Origin: a virus
Length of the DNA: 64,000 bases
Direction: 5' to 3' (one strand)
Virus record (IMG/VR): IMGVR_UViG_3300045988_115271
Notes under the pieces: model-generated
The model's database searches: none
Seen by the model: the letters and a program-made list of their open reading frames with translations, nothing else
What the model was told of the DNA's origin: nothing
Part shown: in pieces, positions 19,993-29,688 of the stretch
Layout of the letters: the number at the start of each line of letters is the position of its first letter
How positions within the stretch are numbered: position 1 is the first letter of the stretch
Made by a program: the position numbers and the translations under genes

Positions 19993-20657
19993 AAACAGTT
20001 TTTGATTTAAGCAGAGATGAGATTGTGTCATTGACATGCAAAGAGATATATCTGTATATAGACAAAGAGCTTGCTGGTAAAGGTATTCCAATTGAAGCTA
20101 AAAACTGGAATATAAAGAACAAAAAAGAAGTCGTGTATCCAAGAACTGGAGTTCCAGTATTTATGTTAAAAGATATCGGCATCGGTTTTAGAACCATAGA
20201 AGGTGCAACTGAGGTGGCTAATTTGCTTATTAAATATAATGCATTTAAAATGGAATCAAAGTTTCTGATAGGATCGTATGAGCGGTTTTGGATCATAAAT
20301 GGAAGTGTTTGCCCAGCCATTACAGGAGAAGCGGGATATAGCAAGGAAGAGTTTGATAAGGTAAACAAGGAAAACAAAGATCCAGAATTGGAAAGTATAA
20401 ATTCTTTCAATGATACTGTGAAAAAAGCCAATGAAATTAAAGACAGGGTATTGAAATACGTGTACAATATAAAACAAGAACGTTCATACAACAATGACCT
20501 GGTTGGTATCTTTGAAAGGTATAAAGATATAGCAGACGGTGACATGGAAGTAGCTATGAATTTTATTAAGGAGGCCTATCCATTCAATGAAGAAACAGAA
20601 TCGTTTATCAGGAAAAAGTTTGACATGCCTATGCCGAACGAATCAAAAGAGCAGTAA
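19989..20657 (+). CDS. hypothetical protein (222 aa)
   Basis: ATGA overlap with the upstream ORF. Confidence 0.45.
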   Translation: MKTVFDLSRDEIVSLTCKEIYLYIDKELAGKGIPIEAKNWNIKNKKEVVYPRTGVPVFMLKDIGIGFRTIEGATEVANLLIKYNAFKMESKFLIGSYERFWIINGSVCPAITGEAGYSKEEFDKVNKENKDPELESINSFNDTVKKANEIKDRVLKYVYNIKQERSYNNDLVGIFERYKDIADGDMEVAMNFIKEAYPFNEETESFIRKKFDMPMPNESKEQ

Positions 20658-20676
20658 TTAAGCTAAATTAAATCAT

Positions 20677-20712
20677 TTTGAATCTTTTTTATTATCAAAA
20701 GACATATCTTTG
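20677..20712 (+). promoter_or_regulatory. Bacteroides-type promoter candidate (-33 TTTG at 20677..20680; -7 TAtcTTTG at 20705..20712)
   Basis: An exact TAnnTTTG match sits about 20 nt upstream of the ATG at 20733. The spacing to the upstream TTTG is 24 nt, slightly longer than the consensus. Confidence 0.4.
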
Positions 20713-20732
20713 TCCAAAAAAAAACAAACAGA

Positions 20733-20993
20733 ATGGAAGAAAAAGAGATAAAAGAAGCTATGATTGAAGCCCTGACGCACTTAGAGGGGTGTAAGTATTT
20801 CGTGGCTACGATAGTAAACGAAGAGGAAAGAAGATTTGATATGAGCCTAAGAATGTCACAACATCAATTGGCATTAGTTATAAAAGGTATCTTATCTAAT
20901 AATGAGATGATGATGATGGACGTTTTGCAATGGTGTTCTGAAAGATTTAAAAACAGTATAGAGAAAGGGAAAAATCAACTAATTAAATATTAA
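20733..20993 (+). CDS. hypothetical protein (86 aa)
   Basis: First gene after the promoter-like gap. Confidence 0.4.
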   Translation: MEEKEIKEAMIEALTHLEGCKYFVATIVNEEERRFDMSLRMSQHQLALVIKGILSNNEMMMMDVLQWCSERFKNSIEKGKNQLIKY

Positions 20994-20997
20994 TACA

Positions 20998-21468
20998 ATG
21001 AATCGCTGGTTTGAAATTACGGTAAAAGCCGAGATTGATAATATCGAGAACGGCAAAAAAAAGAAAGTAACTGAAAAGTATTTGGTAGATGCCTTATCTT
21101 ATACAGAGGCAGAATCAAGATCTTTAGAGATTTTCAAGGATTTATTTCAAGTGTTCGACATTGTTAAAATAAATCCTATTAAAGTGTCGGAAATCTTCTT
21201 CAACGGAGAAGCTGAGTACTGGTATAAGTGTAAGGTAAATTACATTACACTGGATGAAAAGAAAGGTAAAGAAAAGAAAACTCCATGCTATATGTATGTC
21301 CAGGCCGGCAATCCTAAGGATGCCGAAGCTGTGTTGACTAAAGGTATGCAGGGCACGTTAGGCGACTGGAATTGCGAAGCTATTGCTGAAACGAAGATCA
21401 TTGACGTATTCAAATACGATCTTCAAAAGGGAGCTGAGAAATTAGGTGAGAAAAAAGCTGAAGAGTGA
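20998..21468 (+). CDS. hypothetical protein (156 aa)
   Basis: ORF in block. Confidence 0.4.
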   Translation: MNRWFEITVKAEIDNIENGKKKKVTEKYLVDALSYTEAESRSLEIFKDLFQVFDIVKINPIKVSEIFFNGEAEYWYKCKVNYITLDEKKGKEKKTPCYMYVQAGNPKDAEAVLTKGMQGTLGDWNCEAIAETKIIDVFKYDLQKGAEKLGEKKAEE

Positions 21469-21698
21469 AGACTGATGTAGTTTCCAACATAGCGCTTGTT
21501 GTGGCGATAATATCATTGCTTTCAGCAGGCGCTTTCCTTCTGATAGTGATTAAGACAGACGAGGTATCTAAGTTATTAATGAACGTACCTTATCTGCTGG
21601 CTTCAGCGGGATTGTTCTTTTCAATAATGTCATTATTATTCGAATGGAAAGCAAGGAAAAGAAACTATACGTCTGCGAAAGATGCGGACGAAAAGTGA
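21465..21698 (+). CDS. small two-helix membrane protein (77 aa)
   Basis: Two hydrophobic helices (IALVVAIISLLSAGAFLLIVI and LLASAGLFFSIMSLLF) with a charged C-terminus. Confidence 0.4.
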   Translation: MKTDVVSNIALVVAIISLLSAGAFLLIVIKTDEVSKLLMNVPYLLASAGLFFSIMSLLFEWKARKRNYTSAKDADEK

Positions 21699-22171
21699 TG
21701 ATAAGAAGTCATGGCTTATGCCAGGCTTGCAGGAGCAAAGAGTTGACTCCGAAGAAAAAAAACAGAATTACATCCATTAAAAACAGTAGCAAGAAGAAAA
21801 AGTTAGAGAACCCGGATTTATCCGGGTTTTTTCGTCTTATGCTGGAAGAGTTAAATAGTATTCGGATGTCTATGACTGGTAGGGCTATTCATTTTCCTAC
21901 AGTATGTAACGTATGTCACATACTTCCAAAAAGGATATATAAGTCGGTTGCTACTTGCAGGGATAATATAGTTTTCCTTCATGAATCGGAGCATACGGTA
22001 TTCGACATGTATCTTGACCGGATGGAATTTGATAAACTTGAAACAGAATTTCCTTTTGTATGGAAGTATGCGGTAAAGAAGGTACTGGATATGGAAAGCA
22101 GGGGAATGATCAAAGAAAGAGGTAGGTTGATTATTGAAATAATTGACAGGTATGATAGAAGAAAAGATTAA
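21644..22171 (+). CDS. zinc-ribbon protein with a possible HNH-like core
   Basis: N-terminal CERCG...CQAC, then CNVCH...N...LHESEH. Confidence 0.35.
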   Translation: MESKEKKLYVCERCGRKVMIRSHGLCQACRSKELTPKKKNRITSIKNSSKKKKLENPDLSGFFRLMLEELNSIRMSMTGRAIHFPTVCNVCHILPKRIYKSVATCRDNIVFLHESEHTVFDMYLDRMEFDKLETEFPFVWKYAVKKVLDMESRGMIKERGRLIIEIIDRYDRRKD

Positions 22172-23471
22172 AATATTAACAGATTTAGGGTTTGTCCCTA
22201 TGGTGGAAGGAGTAGAAAATACGTTGTTTAGAATGAACGATGTTGTGATGTCGGTGTCAGATCCTAACCAAACACCAGAGCAGTTGAAGAAGGAGGTTAT
22301 GTCTTTAATAAAGAACAGAGACATAGCGGAAAGAGGTGGACAGGTTCCAGTAGTTGAAGAGCCGGCGCCTGAGCCAGAGCAGGCCCAGAAGGAGGAACCG
22401 GAAGCTCCGGCGGAGGAAGCCGCTCCTAACCCTGGAGAAGAGGATTCAAATCCGTTTACAGAAAATCAGGAAACGTTAGAACCGTTTTATATCTGTGATG
22501 AGTTAAAGAAGATTGAGACCCCCAAATTCGTAAGATTGACATTAGACGATAATCGTTTTTATGTAAGAAAGATGGATGATGGGACGGCTAAGATATATGC
22601 TTCGGTAACAACTTTAATCAAAGATGGGTATGTAGATGATAAGACAGCACTTCAGGAATGGAAGCAAGAGATAAAGATGCTTGGTCGCAATCCAGAAGAG
22701 GTAGCGCAGTATGAAGCCGATAAGGGAACGATCATGCACTACTTATACGGATTGTACCTAACAGGTAGAGATATGGTCTTAAATCGAAGCTTTGTGGTTA
22801 AGACAGTGCAAGAAGGCAAGCTGAAGATATCTAAGAAAAATCTTGATCGGTTCTTTAATAGCATAGATGATCTTGACGATATGATTGTCAGGGTCATGAA
22901 GTTTGCCAAATTCTGTTCTGATTACAAGGTGAAACCGATGATGATAGAAAGAATCCTTTCTTTAGAGGATTACCTTGTAGCAACACCTATTGATGCGATG
23001 GTTAAAATGACATTCAAATACAAAGAAGAAGGTTATTTTGGAGCCGTGTATCAAAGGGCTACCGGACAGTTCAAAAAAGGTGATCCGAAGAAGGAGGTAA
23101 GAGAAGTGGAGAAGGAAGAAGTGGTTATTCTCGACTTTAAATCAGGGGGGATATGGGAATCATACGCATTTCAATTAGAAGCTGAAAGAAGAATGGTTAA
23201 AGCATGGTATGGGATTGATGCACGTATTATGAACTTTTCTCCAAAAAGCACGAGCAGCAAAGGATATACGTTGAAAGAATGGACAGAAGATAGTATAGCA
23301 CTTGAAAAGGCGGACTGCGTGTTCCAACAAGGTATGTTGAATCACCTTAGAAAAGATAAGAAGTTTAAAGTGAGAAAAGGAGTGCTGAATATCAATAAGC
23401 CGTACAATGAAGAGGATCATACGGTTGTATATGATATTGCAGAGGAAATGTCTAAAAAATTCATAATATGA
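22143..23471 (+). CDS. PD-(D/E)XK (RecB-family) nuclease-domain protein with an N-terminal domain and a Pro/Glu-rich linker
   Basis: ATPIDAMV and VVILDFKSGG match motifs II and III of the RecB/Cas4 nuclease fold (hhhDhK[ST]G). Confidence 0.45.
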   Translation: MTGMIEEKIKILTDLGFVPMVEGVENTLFRMNDVVMSVSDPNQTPEQLKKEVMSLIKNRDIAERGGQVPVVEEPAPEPEQAQKEEPEAPAEEAAPNPGEEDSNPFTENQETLEPFYICDELKKIETPKFVRLTLDDNRFYVRKMDDGTAKIYASVTTLIKDGYVDDKTALQEWKQEIKMLGRNPEEVAQYEADKGTIMHYLYGLYLTGRDMVLNRSFVVKTVQEGKLKISKKNLDRFFNSIDDLDDMIVRVMKFAKFCSDYKVKPMMIERILSLEDYLVATPIDAMVKMTFKYKEEGYFGAVYQRATGQFKKGDPKKEVREVEKEEVVILDFKSGGIWESYAFQLEAERRMVKAWYGIDARIMNFSPKSTSSKGYTLKEWTEDSIALEKADCVFQQGMLNHLRKDKKFKVRKGVLNINKPYNEEDHTVVYDIAEEMSKKFII

Positions 23472-23701
23472 GCGATGTTATTATTCCTGAAGGAGATTTT
23501 GTGGAAATTGTAAAACCGATACATATCAACCCTTTTGGTGATTGTTTTATTAACATCGAAAGGGGTTCGAAATTAAGATTATCGAAAGATTTGAGAATAG
23601 GAGATAAATATGCAATATGCGTACTTTCATCTCATAAGAAATATGGCAAGACCGTTGAAACAATAATGCCTATACTGGTCAGAAATACAAGAAGAGTATG
23701 A
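23468..23701 (+). CDS. hypothetical protein (77 aa)
   Basis: ATGA overlap with the upstream ORF. Confidence 0.35.
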   Translation: MSDVIIPEGDFVEIVKPIHINPFGDCFINIERGSKLRLSKDLRIGDKYAICVLSSHKKYGKTVETIMPILVRNTRRV

Positions 23702-24048
23702 AAAGAAAAATTAGAAGAACAGGAGAGATAATAGACGTAATCACCTTCAGTAGCTCAACTACAAGAAGCGACCATGACAGAATACAGTTCTATGGTGATA
23801 ATGGGAATGTGATAAGTGAGAGTTTAAATTTTTATCTCGATACCCTTCCTGTAAATGACGAAAACAAAGATGTAGACTGGGAACAACGTAGATTCGATCT
23901 TGTTAAGGCTTATTCTATTGAGTTTGTTAAAGCACAAAATAGAAAAGGTGAAATAGATTGCGGAGTATATGTACCAGATGTGGTGTCATGGTCTATAACT
24001 ATAGCAGATAGAATCATAGAGGCAATGAGAGGAGTTCAAAATGCTTGA
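23698..24048 (+). CDS. hypothetical protein (116 aa)
   Basis: ATGA overlap with the upstream ORF. Confidence 0.4.
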   Translation: MKRKIRRTGEIIDVITFSSSTTRSDHDRIQFYGDNGNVISESLNFYLDTLPVNDENKDVDWEQRRFDLVKAYSIEFVKAQNRKGEIDCGVYVPDVVSWSITIADRIIEAMRGVQNA

Positions 24049-25054
24049 TTTTAGAAAATACGAAAACGTACCCCGGTTTCAACTTGACCGCAGACCCGGC
24101 AGGAGCCGACTGAAGCTAACCTGCCCGGCTTGCGGGAAAGGCCGGTGCCTTACTCCTTATATTGATGTGGCAACAGGTCAGGTTGTTGGAAACGAGTTCG
24201 GAAGATGCGATCATGAACGGACTTGCGGTTACGATAAACGACCTACCGGTAAGGATGTAGGTGACAAAGATCTTTGGATTTCGGGAAACAAGTGTATAAG
24301 AGCTTATCGCCCTCCTGTAAATCCTGATGTTGTAAATTACATACCCTTTAGCGAGTTTGAGAGGACTGTAGTTCCAGATGATAGAAATACTGTGTTTAAA
24401 TTTTTATCGTCTCTATGGGGAAAAGAAAGGGTATCTGACGTGTTTAGAAGATATCATGTCGGAACAATGGACTTATGGGGATGGAAAGGGTGTTGTATAT
24501 TCTGGCAGATAGATAAGGACTTTGTATGTAGAACCGGCAAGATCATGGACTTTTATATAAAGACCGACAGCCAGGGGAATGAGATTGATGTAAAAAGAGT
24601 GAAGGAAAAAGAAGGTGACAATGAACGACCTCATGTCATGTTTTATCACTCATTGCATGCAAGAGACTTCTTGTTTAGACAATGCCTGTTCGGAGAGCAT
24701 CTTCTAAGCCAGTATCCGGATAAGGTGGTTAATTTGGTGGAATCAGAAAAGACGGCTATTATATGCGCTGTGAATAAACCAGATGAATTATTTGTAGCTA
24801 CTGGTGGGTTGCAGAATCTAAGGCCGGAAGTGATAGATGTTTTAAAAGATAGAAAGACTGTAGCTTTTCCGGACAAAGGACAAGCATTTGAGACATGGAG
24901 TAAAAAGATAGATGGGATGATGATGAAGTCAAGGATAAAAGTATCGGACTATCTTCAGAGTGTTGAGAATGTAGGGGACGGAGATGATGTGGCAGATTTG
25001 ATAATTAATAACAAAGTAAAAGAGAAATATTATGAGCCTGGACGTTTATATTAA
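24041..25054 (+). CDS. putative DNA primase (zinc-finger plus TOPRIM-like)
   Basis: N-terminal CPACG...C..HERTCG zinc-binding motif; VVNLVESEKTAI and VAFPDKGQ resemble TOPRIM acidic motifs. It lies upstream of the DnaB-like helicase. Confidence 0.4.
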   Translation: MLDFRKYENVPRFQLDRRPGRSRLKLTCPACGKGRCLTPYIDVATGQVVGNEFGRCDHERTCGYDKRPTGKDVGDKDLWISGNKCIRAYRPPVNPDVVNYIPFSEFERTVVPDDRNTVFKFLSSLWGKERVSDVFRRYHVGTMDLWGWKGCCIFWQIDKDFVCRTGKIMDFYIKTDSQGNEIDVKRVKEKEGDNERPHVMFYHSLHARDFLFRQCLFGEHLLSQYPDKVVNLVESEKTAIICAVNKPDELFVATGGLQNLRPEVIDVLKDRKTVAFPDKGQAFETWSKKIDGMMMKSRIKVSDYLQSVENVGDGDDVADLIINNKVKEKYYEPGRLY

Positions 25055-25385
25055 GAGCAAGAAGAAAGAAGAGGATCGTAAATGGGTTGCAAACATCACC
25101 CACAACATGAACAAGATGGCACAAAGGATATTCGTATCAGAAAATAAAGAAACGCTGTACGATTATGTTTGGAGACCAGAAGAATTGTATAGAGAAATAT
25201 ATACCAATGAGATGAAGAATGTACTTACAAAAGGTATATGCATTATGATCTCCAAGAGAAAAAATCTTTTGAAATACGAGCCAGAAAATGGATGGGGGTC
25301 TTATGATTCATTTCTTAAGTTTCTTATCGAATATAAAGAGGCGTGCGAAGATCATCCGGGTTATATAATTGAAGCAAGTAGATAA
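25032..25385 (+). CDS. hypothetical protein (117 aa)
   Basis: ORF in block. Confidence 0.4.
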   Translation: MSLDVYIKSKKKEEDRKWVANITHNMNKMAQRIFVSENKETLYDYVWRPEELYREIYTNEMKNVLTKGICIMISKRKNLLKYEPENGWGSYDSFLKFLIEYKEACEDHPGYIIEASR

Positions 25386-25644
25386 TATGGAAAATTATAA
25401 AAACACTTTAAATGAGGTAGTTGTGATCGAATCGTCACCAGAAACGTATTTTGTTTACGCTATTCGTAACGCTATTCGTATCTCTAAATGTGCGTATCCG
25501 ACAGCCAAGAAAGTAATTTTCAAAAGAGAGGACGTAGAGGTAGAGATCTCAGAAATGGAAACTGAAAGCAGTTTGTATGAAAAGTTTAAAGAAAAACAAA
25601 AGAATAGGGTATGGAACTTAATGAGCGCCAACAACGGGTTTTAA
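25369..25644 (+). CDS. hypothetical protein (91 aa)
   Basis: ORF in block. Confidence 0.35.
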   Translation: MKQVDNMENYKNTLNEVVVIESSPETYFVYAIRNAIRISKCAYPTAKKVIFKREDVEVEISEMETESSLYEKFKEKQKNRVWNLMSANNGF

Positions 25645-26177
25645 GAGGCGAAATTTGTCCTTATTGCGGAAGGGAAACCGAGCTGGTCAATGCCGATAAA
25701 ATATATAGCAGAAAAGGCTTAGGTATGGTTATGATGTGCAAACCATGCAATGCTTATGTCGGTGTTCATGAATCAGGGCCGAATAAGGGAAAAGCTAAAG
25801 GCCGGCTTGCGGGGCCATCACTGAGGTCTCTTAAGATAAGAGTCCATGCCGAACTTGATAGACTATGGTCTACGCCGGAGGAACGGGAAAGGATGTATAA
25901 AGATTTATCCGAATTTCTATCTATACCGGAAGAATACACACATATAGGTATGTTCGGCGAGAAGACGATGGGAAAAGTCTTTCAGTTCTGTCATGTAAAC
26001 AAAGAACGATCAGGTTCGAGAATAGAATGGCATAAGCCTGGAGATAAGTGCCCTAATAAGAACAATCAAATAGTGTCAGGAAGTAGCGCATGTAGAGGAT
26101 GTCCTGAGTATCTTCATGATGAGAAAGACGGGTATGTCTGGTGTGATCCTGATATGAGCTACGGCAGGTTGAAATAG
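25611..26177 (+). CDS. multi-zinc-finger protein (188 aa)
   Basis: CPYCG, CKPCN and CRGCPEY motifs. Confidence 0.45.
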   Translation: MELNERQQRVLRGEICPYCGRETELVNADKIYSRKGLGMVMMCKPCNAYVGVHESGPNKGKAKGRLAGPSLRSLKIRVHAELDRLWSTPEERERMYKDLSEFLSIPEEYTHIGMFGEKTMGKVFQFCHVNKERSGSRIEWHKPGDKCPNKNNQIVSGSSACRGCPEYLHDEKDGYVWCDPDMSYGRLK

Positions 26178-26190
26178 GGCGCGAATTGCC

Positions 26191-26198
26191 TATCTTTG
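26191..26198 (+). promoter_or_regulatory. Bacteroides-type -7 promoter motif TAtcTTTG
   Basis: Exact TAnnTTTG match 33 nt upstream of the ATG at 26231, which heads the basic-protein and helicase genes. Confidence 0.4.
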
Positions 26199-26230
26199 TG
26201 CTATTATTAATCAAAAAAAAATATAAGCAC

Positions 26231-26509
26231 ATGGGTAGATCGACAGAGTACTACAGGACTCATCCCGAAGCCAGGAAGAAAAAGGCTAAAAAGGACAAGG
26301 AGATAAATGCCAGACCGGAACAGAAAGCCAAACGCCGAGAGCTTGGTCGTAAAAACTACGAAACGGACAAGAAGAAGGGTAAGGGCTGGAGAAAAGGCAA
26401 GGATTGTTCTCATACCAAGAACGGTCTTAGGTATAAATCAGTAAAAGCTAATAGGGGATCCAAATCGGATACAAAAGGTGACAAAAATGCACGAGGAGAT
26501 AGCAAATAG
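26231..26509 (+). CDS. highly basic Lys/Arg-rich protein (about 92 aa; start taken at the ATG at 26231, not the TTG at 26186 used in the ORF track)
   Basis: MGRSTEYYRTHPEARKKKAKKDK...; possibly nucleic-acid binding. Its 3' end overlaps the helicase gene. Confidence 0.4.
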   Translation: MGRSTEYYRTHPEARKKKAKKDKEINARPEQKAKRRELGRKNYETDKKKGKGWRKGKDCSHTKNGLRYKSVKANRGSKSDTKGDKNARGDSK

Positions 26510-27587
26510 GATAGATATAAGAAGGATATTCAAAACCTCTAAACAGGTTATGGAAGAGGCGTATGAGAATATCTTGAAATACAGGCGGGGAGAGCTTATC
26601 CCCGCTAAAACCGGATACGATTATATTGACGAGGCTTTGCTTGGAGGTATTTTTCCTCAGCACGCTATTGCCATAGGAGCCCGGCCATCTGTAGGTAAAT
26701 CGTATGTGGCCCAAAAGATATTGGAAAATGTGATGAATCCGATGATCAACCCGCAAGCAGAAGATTATTTTCTTGTTAATTGCGAGTTCGAAATGAATCC
26801 TCAAGATCTTCTTCTTCGCAGAATGAGCCAGGATATGAAAAAGCGAGCTCCTGAAATATTAAGAAGGCAAGATTCTAATACAGTAGAAGAGATGAGGATG
26901 TTTGAAATCCTTCAAGGTGAAATCAGAAATAATATAATATACATCGATGCTCCGTGTACGGTAAAAGAGTTTGAGGCGGCTGTGTATCATATAGCTACCA
27001 AACATAAAGACAAACGTCTTATAATATTTAAAGTCGATCATATTGCTTTGATAAAAAGAATGGGGTTAGATCCTAAGTCGGCTATAGATGATTTGGTGGC
27101 GGTTATGAACGAGGCTAAATTAGTATATAAAAACATATTTTTCCTCATCATATCCCAATTCAACAGAGAGATAGAAGGAAGGATAAAAAGCCCACAAGAG
27201 CAGCCTCCCCGTCTTTCTGACTTTTATCAGTCTGATACGCTGGGGCAACTATGTACGTTAATGATAGGTTTGCATAATCCTCGCAGATACGGGCTGGACA
27301 AGTATATGATATTTGGGAAAGACTGGTATCAGACTCTTGACCGGTTTAAAACTGAAAACAAAACATCATTCAGGACAGCCGGACTGGTGTTTCATCATAT
27401 ACTGAAGGTAAGGCAAGTTAGTATGGAAGAGCTTACTAATACAATCCACCCAGAGATCCTGCCGGGGCATGGATGGATGTACGGGGAGGGAGGGACGAAG
27501 TTCGTGAACCCCAACCAGCCGCCGACGCCTCCCAAGCTCTATACTGTGGAAGACGTTACGGATAATCAAGAACAGTCAGTATATTAA
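26478..27587 (+). CDS. DnaB-like replicative helicase (C-terminal RecA-like domain protein)
   Basis: IAIGARPSVGKSY matches the DnaB Walker A signature (GARPSMGKT); the ORF is the length of a DnaB C-terminal ATPase domain. Confidence 0.65.
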   Translation: MTKMHEEIANRIDIRRIFKTSKQVMEEAYENILKYRRGELIPAKTGYDYIDEALLGGIFPQHAIAIGARPSVGKSYVAQKILENVMNPMINPQAEDYFLVNCEFEMNPQDLLLRRMSQDMKKRAPEILRRQDSNTVEEMRMFEILQGEIRNNIIYIDAPCTVKEFEAAVYHIATKHKDKRLIIFKVDHIALIKRMGLDPKSAIDDLVAVMNEAKLVYKNIFFLIISQFNREIEGRIKSPQEQPPRLSDFYQSDTLGQLCTLMIGLHNPRRYGLDKYMIFGKDWYQTLDRFKTENKTSFRTAGLVFHHILKVRQVSMEELTNTIHPEILPGHGWMYGEGGTKFVNPNQPPTPPKLYTVEDVTDNQEQSVY

Positions 27588-27625
27588 AAAGGTAATAAAA
27601 TTGAAATTTCAAATAGTAAAATTGA

Positions 27626-28819
27626 TTGATGAGATTGGTTGAAAAACATATTATTAAAGATAACAGATTTGAAGATATTTGCCTCAAATCAGGATTGCTA
27701 TATAATTATGTCTTGTATAATGCGCGTAAAGGTATCTTCAATAAAGAATATCTGAATGAATATGAATTTTCAACCAAACTTTGTAGAGAAAATCAATTTG
27801 ATTTCAGGAATTTGCCCACTTCTGTTTCTCAACAAGTAGTTGGCCAAGTTTTTAAAAATATAAAATCATGGATTAGACTCAAGAAGGATTTTGAAAACAA
27901 TCCTTCCAAATACGATAATTGTTGTCCTCATCTACCTTCGTACAAGAAAGGCAAGAAACAGAACATGGTTGTGTTCACAACTTCTGCTTGTAGGCTAAAG
28001 AAGGATGGTTGTATTCATTTTGTTAAAAATATAATTCAACCAATTAAAACTGAAATAGGAGATAGTAAATTATGTCAGGTTAGAATCATTCCACAATCTA
28101 CATGCTATGTGGTTGAAGTAATTTATGAAAAGAAAGAACATAATCTAAGTCTTGATAAGGATAATGTTCTTTCGATTGATTTAGGATTGAATAATTTATG
28201 TTCATGTATCAGCAATGCCGGATTGGTTCCTTTCATTGTAAACGGGCGGATTATGAAATCTTTTAATCAGTGGTACAATAAGAGGAAAGCTAAGTTAATG
28301 TCTTATGTTGGAGGTAAGGGTACTTCTGAAAGACTTAGACAGCTAAATAATTATAGGAATTTTTGGATAGAAGACTACATCCACAAGGTTAGTCGATATA
28401 TTGTCAATTATTGTATTACTAACAACATTGGTAGTATCGTAATAGGTTTAAATAAAGGATGGAAACAAAAGATTAATCTTGGAAAGAAGATTAATCAAAA
28501 GTTTGTTGAAATACCTTTTTCAAGACTTATAGACAAAATATCCTATAAATGTAAGTTGGTAGGTATCAGCTTTCAAATTAATGAAGAATCCTATACATCA
28601 AAGGTTGATCATTTAGCTTTTGAGAAATTAGGGAAGCATGATGTTTACTTAGGCAAAAGAAAGAAACGTGGATTATTCCAAAGCTCAGTTGGAAAGTTGT
28701 TAAATGCGGATATCAATGGAGCTATTGGGATAGGTAGAAAAGTATTCGGTGATTCATTTGTAAACATGATAATCGATAGTGGGTTTGCGTTTAACCCGAT
28801 TAGAGTAAACATTTTGTAA
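27626..28819 (+). CDS. tnpB: TnpB/Cas12-like RuvC nuclease (IS200/IS605 OrfB family), lacking the zinc finger
   Basis: The N-terminal region is OrfB-like. RuvC-I is SIDLG (D185). RuvC-II is NEESYTSK (E320/321). RuvC-III is LLNADINGAIGIG (D362). The 33 residues between RuvC-II and RuvC-III contain no Cys at all. No TnpA lies adjacent. Confidence 0.75.
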   Translation: MMRLVEKHIIKDNRFEDICLKSGLLYNYVLYNARKGIFNKEYLNEYEFSTKLCRENQFDFRNLPTSVSQQVVGQVFKNIKSWIRLKKDFENNPSKYDNCCPHLPSYKKGKKQNMVVFTTSACRLKKDGCIHFVKNIIQPIKTEIGDSKLCQVRIIPQSTCYVVEVIYEKKEHNLSLDKDNVLSIDLGLNNLCSCISNAGLVPFIVNGRIMKSFNQWYNKRKAKLMSYVGGKGTSERLRQLNNYRNFWIEDYIHKVSRYIVNYCITNNIGSIVIGLNKGWKQKINLGKKINQKFVEIPFSRLIDKISYKCKLVGISFQINEESYTSKVDHLAFEKLGKHDVYLGKRKKRGLFQSSVGKLLNADINGAIGIGRKVFGDSFVNMIIDSGFAFNPIRVNIL

Positions 28820-28862
28820 TATAGATGTGAATTTAATGAATAAAATTTAAAATTTTAATAAC

Positions 28863-29465
28863 GTGAGACTTACAGTAGAAGAAAACGAATACCTGATAAG
28901 TAAGTTCCTTTTGGTTCTTACTGAGTTTGCAGGAGATGAAAGAGAGATGTTTTTAATCAACTCCATACATGATAAGGCGGTGGCGGATATGAATTATCGT
29001 CTTCCGTCTTTAATAAGCAGAGAACGTAAAAGACGAGTCATTGAGCTCCTTAAAGAAGGAACCAGAATAATCAAGGACTTTTCCGGCTATGCAGGTGATA
29101 TGGGTATGATTAACGAATACGATCGTCTAAAGAAAGAAATAGGTACCGTCCAAGACCAGCTTGGTGACGTAGAAGGTCAACTTCGGGCAGCAGGAGAAGT
29201 TATTAAAAAAGAACTTGATATGATTGCTGACCGGATCAAAGAAGACCTTCTCGACCGAGAGCTGGCTAAAAGTAATGCCGAGGCTGAAAGAAAAGCCAAA
29301 GTGGATCCGAGATACGAAGTAGCTTTAGGTGATTACAAGGAGATGCTGGAAGTGATTTTTACAACCAGAAACAAGTATTCTACGGTAGATTCTGTACATG
29401 ACGATCTTCGACAGTCGGTATCTACCGGTAGAAATTCGATTATTAAAGAAGGGTACAACAGTTAA
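28863..29465 (+). CDS. hypothetical coiled-coil protein (200 aa; GTG start)
   Basis: ORF in block with heptad-like charged repeats. Confidence 0.4.
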   Translation: MRLTVEENEYLISKFLLVLTEFAGDEREMFLINSIHDKAVADMNYRLPSLISRERKRRVIELLKEGTRIIKDFSGYAGDMGMINEYDRLKKEIGTVQDQLGDVEGQLRAAGEVIKKELDMIADRIKEDLLDRELAKSNAEAERKAKVDPRYEVALGDYKEMLEVIFTTRNKYSTVDSVHDDLRQSVSTGRNSIIKEGYNS

Positions 29466-29479
29466 AACAAGGAGGGAAT

Positions 29480-29686
29480 ATGGAAAAGAAGGAATTTAAA
29501 GTAGGAGAAGTGTTTGATGCCGGACTTGTGAGATTAAAATGTGTGGAACCTACGGCGCCAGATGCAGGATGTGAAGGATGTATATTTAATTACTTTACAT
29601 GCGGGGCAGTGGGTGTGGTTGCAGGTCCGTGTAATCACGCGGAGAGGGAGGATAACAAGGATGTTATTTTTATTAAAGCTGATTAG
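29480..29686 (+). CDS. small Cys-rich protein (68 aa)
   Basis: C..C..C...C pattern. Confidence 0.35.
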   Translation: MEKKEFKVGEVFDAGLVRLKCVEPTAPDAGCEGCIFNYFTCGAVGVVAGPCNHAEREDNKDVIFIKAD

Positions 29687-29688
29687 GC

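Noticed and set aside
21465-21698. Holin assignment for the 77-aa two-transmembrane-helix protein
   Set aside because: The topology is holin-like, but it sits in the middle of the early or replication block, and no endolysin motif (lysozyme, amidase, peptidase) was seen nearby. It is kept as a generic small membrane protein.
27588-28862. A complete IS200/IS605 element (TnpA plus TnpB) or an IStron
   Set aside because: No Y1 HuH transposase ORF is adjacent, and the flanks are too short (38 and 43 nt) for typical left and right ends with subterminal hairpins. The gene is better described as a stand-alone TnpB-like nuclease, and whether it is mobile remains open.
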